A stretch of 32,000 bases of DNA from Thermodesulfobacteriota bacterium. Its GTDB lineage: Bacteria; Desulfobacterota; WTBG01; JAGOGO01. The notes beneath the pieces are model-generated. The model saw only the letters and a list, made by a program, of their open reading frames with translations. It made no database searches and had not been told where the DNA came from. This document shows positions 23,946-31,930 of the stretch, piece after piece; positions within the stretch are counted from its first letter, which is position 1; the number at the start of each line of letters is the position of its first letter. A program made the position numbers and the translations under genes. Location: contig CP113000.1 in the NCBI GenBank assembly GCA_026625185.1, forward strand, positions 1,935,622 to 1,967,621, read 5' to 3'.

Positions 23946-25868
23946 TTGAGCGCACATGGTAAAAACCCATTTTTGGAAAAAGGAACCGTTCTCAACGGCA
24001 AGTGGGAGATCATCGAACATATTGCCACCGGTGGAAAAGGTGAGGTGTACCGCGCCCGGCAGATCAATTTGGACCGGCCGGTAGCTGTAAAAATAATTTC
24101 GGAAGGATTACTCGCGTCTTTTGATGATGACCAAGAGGAGATTAAAGCCACATTGGAGCGATTCCGACGCGAAGTTCTCACCATGGCTCAGGTGCGTCAT
24201 CCCAATATCCTTCAGGTTTATGACCAGGATCAGGCGGTTATTCAGAAGGGTGGTACTACGTCATCAATTGACTATCTTGTGATGGAGTATATTCCCGGGC
24301 CCACACTTCGATCCATTCTTCATTCGGAAGGGTTACGGGATAATGAGAAAGATATCCGGAAATGGATTAGAGAATATTTTTTCCCTATCCTGGACGGGGT
24401 ACAAAAACTCCACGACTTGGGAATTGTTCACCGTGACTTAAAGCCTGAAAATGTACTCCTGGATGAATTTACTCCTAAAATTACCGACTTTGGACTCGCC
24501 GGAGGTCCCCGCTGGCAGGGGGTTACCCGAAGTCATCACATGGAAGGAACCATACCGTACATGCCTCCGGAACAGATAATGGATCTGGGGGGCACTGATT
24601 CCCGAGGTGACATCTATGCATTGGGAAAAATTCTTTATGAAGTCGTCATCGGAAAAATGGGCAAGGATACCGCCTTTCCCCTCAAAACCGCCCACCTTTT
24701 AAATCCTGACACCCTTTTTCTGAAACGGTTGGACCGTATCATTCAACAAGCCACGGCAGAGGACAAAACAAAACGAATCCCTTCGGTAAGTGTCTTGAGG
24801 AAAGCCCTGTTAGATACTTTGGAGGGAACCGAAGAAACTTTGTTTTCATCCCAGAGGCCTCGAACCAAGAAGGCTCGCCTTGCTGTAGCAATGGTAGCAC
24901 TTCTTGTAGTAGCATCCATAGGGTTCCACATTCTCTATCACCGGGCAAAATCATCTCAGCCCCCCATTGCGGTACCGTCTTCGCTTCCCGGTGTTACTCC
25001 GGGTTTAGCCCCCCAAAAAGAAAAGATTACTCCCCTTAACTCAAATGCTCCTTTGACCGTTAAAGGAAAAGATGGAGCAATTCTTCATCTGGTCCCTCAG
25101 GGCAAGCTTACCTTTCCAGAAAGTTTCGGGCTGCAAGCGGGAACATTTGATGTCCCTGCTTTTTACATGGATGAGATAGAGGTTACCAATCAACAGTATG
25201 TGGACTTTTTAAATCACGTCCTCTCCACCATCCGGGTAGAGGATGGGGTGGTAAAGGTTAACGGTGATATCTGGCTCCTTTTGGAAGAGGTTAAGGAGGG
25301 ATACGATCCCATTATGTTCCATAACGGGAAATTTTTCGTTACTGACCCAAAGTACGATTATTATCCGGTAGTGCGGATTACCGCTTACGGAGCTGAAGCA
25401 TATGCTCGTTTTTACCGAAGACGTCTGCCCAATGAGGTAGAGTGGTTCTATGTGAGGAGAGGCGGGTTCAAACGCTCAGAAACACCAGCGGTGGATTCAC
25501 CAGAACCTTCAGGAACAATGATGAACATGGATAACATGCACTCCCACACGGGAGACACCATCCATGGCCAGGTCTCTTCACCTCCAACTCCCCCGCAAAG
25601 TCATCAAAAACTTTCTGACTCAGTGTTCGATTCTAAACCTAATCCTTATGGGATTAGGGGTATGGATGAAAATGTAAGCGAATGGGGGATACGATTTCAA
25701 AAGACATCCTTACGGGAGAAGGAAGAAACACAATACATCATCTTAGGCGGATTGAACACCGGGTTGACAAAAGAAAATAAAATGATTCAGGGCATCCCGC
25801 GACATCCTTGGGAGGCGTTTGCGGAAGTGGGATTCCGGTGCGTCTCGGATGTTACAAATTATCAATAA
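23946..25868 (+). CDS. Ser/Thr protein kinase - TM - formylglycine-generating-enzyme (SUMF1/FGE) domain fusion
   Basis: Kinase motifs GGKGEVY, VAVKII, HRDLKPENVLL, DFGLA and PYMPPE. TM segment LAVAMVALLVVASIGFHILY. C-terminal FYMDEIEVTNQQYVDFL...RLPNEVEWFYV...NPYGIRGMDENVSEWG...GFRCV. TTG start 11 nt after an AGGAGG that spans the cusA stop. Confidence 0.88.
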   Translation: MSAHGKNPFLEKGTVLNGKWEIIEHIATGGKGEVYRARQINLDRPVAVKIISEGLLASFDDDQEEIKATLERFRREVLTMAQVRHPNILQVYDQDQAVIQKGGTTSSIDYLVMEYIPGPTLRSILHSEGLRDNEKDIRKWIREYFFPILDGVQKLHDLGIVHRDLKPENVLLDEFTPKITDFGLAGGPRWQGVTRSHHMEGTIPYMPPEQIMDLGGTDSRGDIYALGKILYEVVIGKMGKDTAFPLKTAHLLNPDTLFLKRLDRIIQQATAEDKTKRIPSVSVLRKALLDTLEGTEETLFSSQRPRTKKARLAVAMVALLVVASIGFHILYHRAKSSQPPIAVPSSLPGVTPGLAPQKEKITPLNSNAPLTVKGKDGAILHLVPQGKLTFPESFGLQAGTFDVPAFYMDEIEVTNQQYVDFLNHVLSTIRVEDGVVKVNGDIWLLLEEVKEGYDPIMFHNGKFFVTDPKYDYYPVVRITAYGAEAYARFYRRRLPNEVEWFYVRRGGFKRSETPAVDSPEPSGTMMNMDNMHSHTGDTIHGQVSSPPTPPQSHQKLSDSVFDSKPNPYGIRGMDENVSEWGIRFQKTSLREKEETQYIILGGLNTGLTKENKMIQGIPRHPWEAFAEVGFRCVSDVTNYQ

Positions 25869-25964
25869 CCCTCTTTAGCTTTGCCCGCACTTCCTCCGCA
25901 ACAGTCCTAAGCTTGCGATTATCTACTGCGGCCATGGGGGCAACCGGGTCAATGGCAGTGGCGC

Positions 25965-26292
25965 TCAGAGTAGCTTCCCTATTTCTGTACGCCATCGGAC
26001 TTGGTAAAGGTTCGGATAAAGGCAGTTACATCGGCTGTTTCTTTTTCTGTCAAAACAACACCCCAGGCCGGCATCTGGGGGGATAGGCCCAAGGCAGACC
26101 ACGCCTCTGAGAACCTTTTCAATCTGCTTATCGGATAGGACCGCCAATTTGGCACGATTTGTAAGGTTCTTTGGCGGGGTAGTCATTTTGTAGGAATTGA
26201 AACCGTCTCCTTTTCCACTTTTACCATGGCAAAAAACGCAATAATACCCATAAAGGATAAAAAAGTGCAAAAAGAAGTCTTCGCCCCCGCAT
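25965..26292 (-). pseudogene. monoheme class I cytochrome c, disrupted by apparent frameshifts at homopolymers
   Basis: The listed frame gives ...YYCVFCHGKSGKGDG...SDKQIEKVLRG and then nonsense. The -1 frame after a C6 run (plus-strand G6 at 26077-26082) reads PQMPAWGVVLTEKETADVTAFIRTFTKSDGVQK*, which contains the distal Met ligand. The only upstream ATG (26292, MRGRRLLFAL) is in yet another frame across T5/T6 runs (26259-26273). Confidence 0.6.
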
Positions 26293-26356
26293 TACTAATA
26301 GGTTGAAGAAGCCGGTGACGCTCCCAACAAAGTTAGCCAATGAAAGCAAACTGATA

Positions 26357-27871
26357 TTACTCCACCAAAGCGCCCTTATGGCAGTCGCTGCACAAAAATT
26401 CTAAGCTTATCTCTCCTCCCGGGTGGTCGAATGTAAGGCCTTCAGGGCTAATGGACTTAGTTTCTACGCCAGACCCCTGGCTTATAATAATATGGCAGGT
26501 GTTGCAGTCGTGTGAGATTTTTTTTCCATCTGAGCTTACATGCTCTCCGTCATGGCACCGCACACATCCCGGCCAGATTGAATGTCCGATATTATCCGGA
26601 AATTTTTTCCAGCTCGCCTTCATTTCTGGGAAGAAATTTTCACGGAATATCCTTTGAATTTCGGAGATGGCGCTAAGAATTTTATTTTTATCCCTGTAAC
26701 CAGCATAGTCCGCCATTAGTTTCTTCTTCACGTTCTCCAACCCTTCAGACTCTGTTTTGCTAGTCTCGCCGCTTTCCACCAGCGCTTGAACCCCATTTTT
26801 CTTAATAAAGGGTATGGACTGATCGATTCGCCCAAACAATAAGGCATCGTCCATTGCTTTGTCCGGCGTGGAATAGATATGGGTCGGACGATTGTGGCAG
26901 TCGATACAATCCATCAATCTGGGGCTTGCTTTGGAAATTGTATCGGCTTTCAGTTCCTTTCCTCTGGATTGGTATATGGTCGCACTTCCATCCGGATGAA
27001 TGACTTTTACCCACGGGATTTCCTGCCGGTCATCTTTTGTTGCTATGTATTCCACTCGAGTCTCTGGGCTCATGTGCCAGTGGATCCCGCCCACGGGAAC
27101 TCGTGAGGGGTCACCTCCTCCGACCTTAAGTAATAGGCGGATCGTCCAGGGATCATTATTTTCCGTCATACCAAAATGGGTACGAATCCTCTCGACCGAC
27201 CCCGAAAACTTCTGAGGCCAGTGGCATTGTTCACAGGTCTCCCGTGCGGGCCGGAGATTTTTAACAGGGGTTGGAATGGGGTGGGGATACTTCTCAGCGA
27301 TAGTCGCGTAAATTTGATAGGCTCCTGAAATCTTTGATTTTACGAAAAAGCTTGCTCCCGGGCCTACATGGCACTCCGTGCAGGGTACCCTCGCATGTGG
27401 CGATCTTTTGTATAAAGTATATTCCGGTTTCATGACAGAGTGACATAAAAGTCCGCAAAAGTGGACGGATTCTGTAAAGTGATAGAGTCGGTAGGTGCCG
27501 AGAAAGGAAAAAAGAAGAAAGGAAAAAGAAATAACCAAAACTGCAATTAAAGTATTCCGATGAGAAGATATGCTGAGGTCAATATGTGGAAGCGGTGGAG
27601 GACATCTCTTTGCTGCTATATGACGACACCGGCGCTCATTCCAAGCGCCCACAACGACTAAAAGCAGACCCGTGATCAACCCGCCGGGTATGAGAACATA
27701 GGTTATTACGGCTGTGTAAGGGCTTGTAAAACCACGAATAAAGTCGATTCCGAAAAGAGCAAGGACAGCGATGAAACTGCAAATAGCCAGGATAATCCCC
27801 AAAAAACTCATCCAATTATTCAGGAGAGATGGTTCTTTGGAAGGGACTATACTTGGTGGAGAGTCAGGCAT
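26357..27871 (-). CDS. inner-membrane multiheme cytochrome c, NapC/NirT-related, ImcH-like (7 heme motifs)
   Basis: Three N-terminal hydrophobic helices. Heme motifs are FCGLLCH (CX3CH), CTECH, CEQCH, CIDCH, CVRCH, CNTCH and CSDCH. 504 aa. Confidence 0.8.
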   Translation of the reverse strand: MPDSPPSIVPSKEPSLLNNWMSFLGIILAICSFIAVLALFGIDFIRGFTSPYTAVITYVLIPGGLITGLLLVVVGAWNERRCRHIAAKRCPPPLPHIDLSISSHRNTLIAVLVISFSFLLFSFLGTYRLYHFTESVHFCGLLCHSVMKPEYTLYKRSPHARVPCTECHVGPGASFFVKSKISGAYQIYATIAEKYPHPIPTPVKNLRPARETCEQCHWPQKFSGSVERIRTHFGMTENNDPWTIRLLLKVGGGDPSRVPVGGIHWHMSPETRVEYIATKDDRQEIPWVKVIHPDGSATIYQSRGKELKADTISKASPRLMDCIDCHNRPTHIYSTPDKAMDDALLFGRIDQSIPFIKKNGVQALVESGETSKTESEGLENVKKKLMADYAGYRDKNKILSAISEIQRIFRENFFPEMKASWKKFPDNIGHSIWPGCVRCHDGEHVSSDGKKISHDCNTCHIIISQGSGVETKSISPEGLTFDHPGGEISLEFLCSDCHKGALVE

Positions 27872-28151
27872 AAAAGCCCCGTTGCACTTTTTGTTCTTTC
27901 ATTCGGGCCATTCAACCGTTTATTGACCCATTCTGGTATTGAAAGGAAAACCCTCGCTTGCAGGCGGAGACTTTAGTATGCATGCGGTATGGAGAATGGT
28001 TGTAAATCCAGTCATACCCTATACGACAGCAAATATCAAGTTGTTGGGATCACGAAATGCCGCAAGCCGATCCTTAAGGCCGATAGTGACCGGAGAATTC
28101 AAGATTCGATCCTTAAGATTTGCCAATTTAAACCGATCTTCAAGCGCAGGA

Positions 28152-28490
28152 TCACTTGCCCTTAAGTGTCCGAAGAAATTTGACGATTTCCTTAACCTCT
28201 TCAGCTGTGAGCTTTTCTTTGAACGGAGGCATCACGATTTTTCCTGAGCTATCTTTGACTCCCTCGTTGATGCCCTTGGCTGCCTGGTCATCGGTAAATG
28301 CTTCTTGCACTTTCGGGTTGGTCAGGTCACGGCACTTTAGTTTCTGGCACATCGGGGTCGTTCCTTTACCATCCTTACCGTGGCAGAGGGCGCATTTTTT
28401 TGCCCATATTTCTGCACCAGCCGCGATGGCGGTTCCAGTAAGATTAAGGAGAAAAAAAACCAAGGCCACACCTATCAGAACTTTTTTCAT
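28152..28490 (-). CDS. periplasmic monoheme class I cytochrome c
   Basis: Signal peptide MKKVLIGVALVFFLLNLTGTAIA. CALCHGKDGKG heme motif, MPPF distal Met region and LTAEEVKEIVKFL C-terminal helix. Confidence 0.85.
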   Translation of the reverse strand: MKKVLIGVALVFFLLNLTGTAIAAGAEIWAKKCALCHGKDGKGTTPMCQKLKCRDLTNPKVQEAFTDDQAAKGINEGVKDSSGKIVMPPFKEKLTAEEVKEIVKFLRTLKGK

Positions 28491-28636
28491 AGTAACACCC
28501 CCTTTTTTTCTTTTAATAACAACTCTTTTTTAATGGAATAATTATAAAAAAGTTTTAGGGTCTAGACTGGATTAGCACAGGTAAGAGTGCTAAAAAGGTA
28601 GTCATAACAATAAGTAACAAGTACTTAAAGCGTTAA

Positions 28637-28921
28637 AAAATTTCTGAGGCTAAATTTCGAGAGTTTATCAGATACCTTTCTCTGGATTTAGACGCTCATA
28701 AAATTGCTTTTTTGACCGGTTTAAATCGCAATACCGTTAATCGTTATGTTTTGCTCATCAGAAAAAGGATTGCCGAGTTCTGTGAGCAATCATCTCCTTT
28801 TTCCGGAGAAGTCGAAGTAGACGAATCATACTTCGGAGAGCGTGTCCTCAGCATGTTTGGCCACGGCAATCAAGAACGGCGGTACCACCGCCATTACCAG
28901 TTTATCCGCGGTGCCCGATAA
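28637..28921 (+). mobile_element. IS1595-family transposase remnant (N-terminal HTH region only, no start, truncated at the DDE domain)
   Basis: The open frame from 28637 reads KISEAKFREFIRYLSLDLDAHKIAFLTGLNRNTVNRYVLLIRKRIAEFCEQSSPFSGEVEVDESYFGERV. From memory, this block ending in EVDESYFG precedes the IS1595 DDE domain. Sequence after ~28850 is unrelated. No ATG start and no inverted repeats seen. Confidence 0.65.
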
Positions 28922-28982
28922 AAGATATTAAAACAATGAGTGCGCGGTTGAATCACCCAATTGTCACTAACTCATAAGCTCA

Positions 28983-30971
28983 TTAGAACCTGTACTGCAA
29001 AAATCCCTGCACAACATGCGCCGTGGCGTCCGGGTAGAACCCGCCCAGGGTATTTAACGACTGATCATTGCCCGGCGCGCCCGCCGCGGTGATTCCCCGC
29101 AGGAAAAGCCTTTCGTACGCGCTGCTTATGCGAAACATCTGGAATATATACCCCGCTCCGACATCCCAGTGATCGTTGAACCGGTAGTTGAACCATGTAT
29201 CTACATCGGCGTAGGATTCGTTCAGATTGGGCATGACCGGGTTGTGGAAATCCGAGGTCGAATGGGAGTAGCTGGCGCTGGTCTTGAGACTCAGCTTGTT
29301 CGGAATGAGCTTAATATCCGCTCTGGCGACCACAGTGTCAAATGAATCGGAGGTGATCAAAGTGGGTCCCTCATCACCCCCGACCAGACCAGGTTCATCA
29401 TTAATTAGGAATGTGGCGGCCAATTGTTTAACTCGGAGTTGCTGGTGGTCGTATCCAAGGCTCAACGCGACCCGGTCATGCGGGCTCCAGCTCACATCCG
29501 CGCCGGCCGACCAGCCTCGATCTCTTTGGATACCAAAATCCGAGTCGGTAAAGTTGTCGTTATAGATCGAAAAATTGAGTGAGAAGGTGACATTATTCAA
29601 AGGATACACTTCTGCAATGAAATTGGCGTTGTTACGGATGAGATTTCCCGCGTAGAATTTGTAAGTCAGCGGCACCTGCGTCGCCTCCCCCGTCGGGTTC
29701 ACAAATGCTACATTATTATGCCCTTCCCGGTCTGTGAACGCATAGTTGGCGTTAAGGCTCAGCCAGTTAGTAGGAGACCACCTGAGGCCCGTCTGGGGCG
29801 AGTGACTCGAGGTCGAGCCCAGTTCATGTTTGCGGGAGACTCCCTTCCAGGAATAGCCGACAGTGAAGGCCATCTTCTGGTTCACTTTATAGTCGGCTCC
29901 GAGGTTGACACCCTGCCGTAAATACGAGTAATGCTCAGCCTTGAAAAGAGCTTGGTTTTCCCCGAATGCCGTTTCCAAAAGTTGATTCATTGTGCTATCA
30001 TTCGAAAAATCATAATAATTGTACGAATATCTCAAGGTTAGCGGGGGCCAGAGACGGGTGACGCCGGAAATATTCGCGTTCACAGTCGAGTCGTCGAGAC
30101 CCGGATCGCCGATCGTAACACCATTTCTATCGATGACGAGGTCGTTCTCGGACAGCCAGCCGTAGGAAAACGAACCGGTGAGCCTGGTCTTGTAGGCAAG
30201 CAGGTTCAGGGACCCCTCCCCGGTTACGTAGTTGGCTTTATTGCTGGGGGGCAGGGCTACAAAGGAATTCGTCGTATTCTGGCGGCCCAGAACAAGGTCA
30301 TTCTCATTGTCAAAGTTCGAAAAATGATAAGACACACGACCCTGAAACACCACCGGCTGATCATATTCCACGCCGACTTTCAGGTCGTTTTGCTTATCAT
30401 CAATCGGTCTGATATAGGTGAAAAAATTAAGGGGATTGCCAGGGCCTGTAATATAGGTCCCGGGTTGCGAGCCGGTTCTCTTCAGGAAATCGTTCTCGGC
30501 GAAAAGGGTGATGTTAAGGGTCGGATTGTAGTAGCCGCTGAACCGCAGTCTCTGCACCAGGGTCCTGATACTGGTATCAAAGGGATTCACCGTGCTGTAA
30601 AGGTGTTGCAGCGAGTCATATTCAATCTCGGAATGGTAGACCCCAAGTTTGCCCGCCTGGAGCAAGAAATCCTGATCCCTTAATCCCGGATGGCTCATCC
30701 AGAATCTATAATACTCAAGGCCGTCCTTGCTCTTCAGCGATAAATCCGTTTCCGCGAGAAACCCTTCGGGGAAGGGAATATACTTTTCCAAAAATCCCGC
30801 GTTTCTGTGAAGGGGGGGATCGGCGAGAAATCCTCCGCCCAAGGAGATATAGCCGCCCAACGTGTAATTACCCGCATCCATTTCAGCAATTCCGCCCCTA
30901 CAGGTCAGAGTGATAAACATGACTGCAAGAAAAAAGACCAGAAATTCTCTCTTAATCTTCACCTTCATCAC
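28983..30971 (-). CDS. outer-membrane beta-barrel, MtrB/PioB-family (decaheme-associated porin)
   Basis: 662 aa with a signal peptide. Y/G/N/S/T-rich alternating-strand composition and a C-terminal ...GFLQYRF terminal Phe. Starts 8 nt after the decaheme cytochrome gene, the mtrA-mtrB / pioA-pioB / mtoA-mtoB gene order. Confidence 0.75.
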   Translation of the reverse strand: MMKVKIKREFLVFFLAVMFITLTCRGGIAEMDAGNYTLGGYISLGGGFLADPPLHRNAGFLEKYIPFPEGFLAETDLSLKSKDGLEYYRFWMSHPGLRDQDFLLQAGKLGVYHSEIEYDSLQHLYSTVNPFDTSIRTLVQRLRFSGYYNPTLNITLFAENDFLKRTGSQPGTYITGPGNPLNFFTYIRPIDDKQNDLKVGVEYDQPVVFQGRVSYHFSNFDNENDLVLGRQNTTNSFVALPPSNKANYVTGEGSLNLLAYKTRLTGSFSYGWLSENDLVIDRNGVTIGDPGLDDSTVNANISGVTRLWPPLTLRYSYNYYDFSNDSTMNQLLETAFGENQALFKAEHYSYLRQGVNLGADYKVNQKMAFTVGYSWKGVSRKHELGSTSSHSPQTGLRWSPTNWLSLNANYAFTDREGHNNVAFVNPTGEATQVPLTYKFYAGNLIRNNANFIAEVYPLNNVTFSLNFSIYNDNFTDSDFGIQRDRGWSAGADVSWSPHDRVALSLGYDHQQLRVKQLAATFLINDEPGLVGGDEGPTLITSDSFDTVVARADIKLIPNKLSLKTSASYSHSTSDFHNPVMPNLNESYADVDTWFNYRFNDHWDVGAGYIFQMFRISSAYERLFLRGITAAGAPGNDQSLNTLGGFYPDATAHVVQGFLQYRF

Positions 30972-30979
30972 CCCCCCTC

Positions 30980-31930
30980 TTATCTAGAGAATAAATTGCC
31001 GTTTACATTGTTGCTGCCGTGGATGCTCCGGTGACAGTTGATGCACCCGCCGCCGGCCATCATATTTACCCTTGTCTGTGGCTGCCCTCCGACCGTGAAA
31101 TTGACGTTGTGGTAGGTAATGTGGCACTCCCGGCACAACCTGATGGGCGGGGATTTCAGCAGGCTGGGATAGGCGCTGCCGTGGGGCTTATGGCAATTGA
31201 AGCAATCCTCTATGACGGGAGGGTGCTGAAAAACGAACGGACCTCGGTACTGGGCGTGGCAATTAAAGCAGAGTTCTTTATTGGAAAGCCCCTTTACCAG
31301 CTTGGCCGAAGTAGTCCCGTGCGGGTTGTGGCAACTCGCGCAGTCCATTTTTCCTTCGCGCAGGGGATGATGCGAAAACTGCAGCTCCGCGCGGACTTGC
31401 TCTTTATGACAGGTAAGGCACGTATCCCCTACGGTTATATTGGCGAGTTGAGCACGGACCGTTATTCCCGGTCCCGTATGGACTGCGTGGCATGAGGTGC
31501 AGGCGAGGCCTTCGGTTTCATGAGCACTGCCCGCCCAGAAAAGCCTCTCCCTCTTTTGATGGCAGTTGAGACAGACATCGTTGCGCACGGAAATAGGCGT
31601 GGGCGACTCCTTCGTAAATCGCACCATACCCTCGAAGGTTTTGCCTCCGGAGTCCACATGGTCTGTTCCCGGTCCATGACACGTTTCACACCCAAGTTTT
31701 TCATCAGCGGTAGGGGGGTGCTTCAGAAACAGGGTGCCCATAGTCGTCTTGGTGAGCTGCTCGTACACCTGAAAGTGACAGGTTTGGCAGCTTTCCACGC
31801 CCGTATACCCTTCCTTGGCCCTTTCGGCCTTTTCGTCCTCCCCTTTTGCCGGCCCTTTGGAAAAACAGAGAAGGAAAATCACTCCGAGATAGACAAGAGT
31901 CAGTGCGGGTATAAGAATTCTGCGCATCAC
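30980..31930 (-). CDS. periplasmic decaheme cytochrome c, MtrA/DmsE/PioA/MtoA family
   Basis: 316 aa with a signal peptide. Ten CXXCH motifs: CQTCH, CETCH, CLNCH, CTSCH, CLTCH, CASCH, CFNCH, CFNCH, CRECH, CINCH. C-terminal CINCHRSIHGSN resembles the family ending. Confidence 0.9.
   Translation of the reverse strand: MMRRILIPALTLVYLGVIFLLCFSKGPAKGEDEKAERAKEGYTGVESCQTCHFQVYEQLTKTTMGTLFLKHPPTADEKLGCETCHGPGTDHVDSGGKTFEGMVRFTKESPTPISVRNDVCLNCHQKRERLFWAGSAHETEGLACTSCHAVHTGPGITVRAQLANITVGDTCLTCHKEQVRAELQFSHHPLREGKMDCASCHNPHGTTSAKLVKGLSNKELCFNCHAQYRGPFVFQHPPVIEDCFNCHKPHGSAYPSLLKSPPIRLCRECHITYHNVNFTVGGQPQTRVNMMAGGGCINCHRSIHGSNNVNGNLFSR

Noticed and set aside
25808-26086. Plus-strand 92-aa ORF spanning the kinase 3' end and the broken cytochrome gene
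   Set aside because: It overlaps two better-supported features, and its sequence is low-complexity (Ser/Ala/Leu/Gly) with no motifs.
27939-28533. Plus-strand ORFs 27939-28247 and 28156-28533
   Set aside because: The second is antisense to the clear monoheme cytochrome c gene. The first lies mostly in the intergenic gap and has no RBS or motif. A minus-strand reading frame there (LANLKDRILNSPVTIGLKDRLAAF...) owes its repeats to the DNA direct repeat and lacks a start codon.
28712-28921. The 69-aa ORF as an intact small HTH gene
   Set aside because: The frame is open upstream to 28637 with IS1595-like sequence but no ATG. Homology stops abruptly at the beginning of the DDE domain, so it is a transposase remnant rather than a functional gene.
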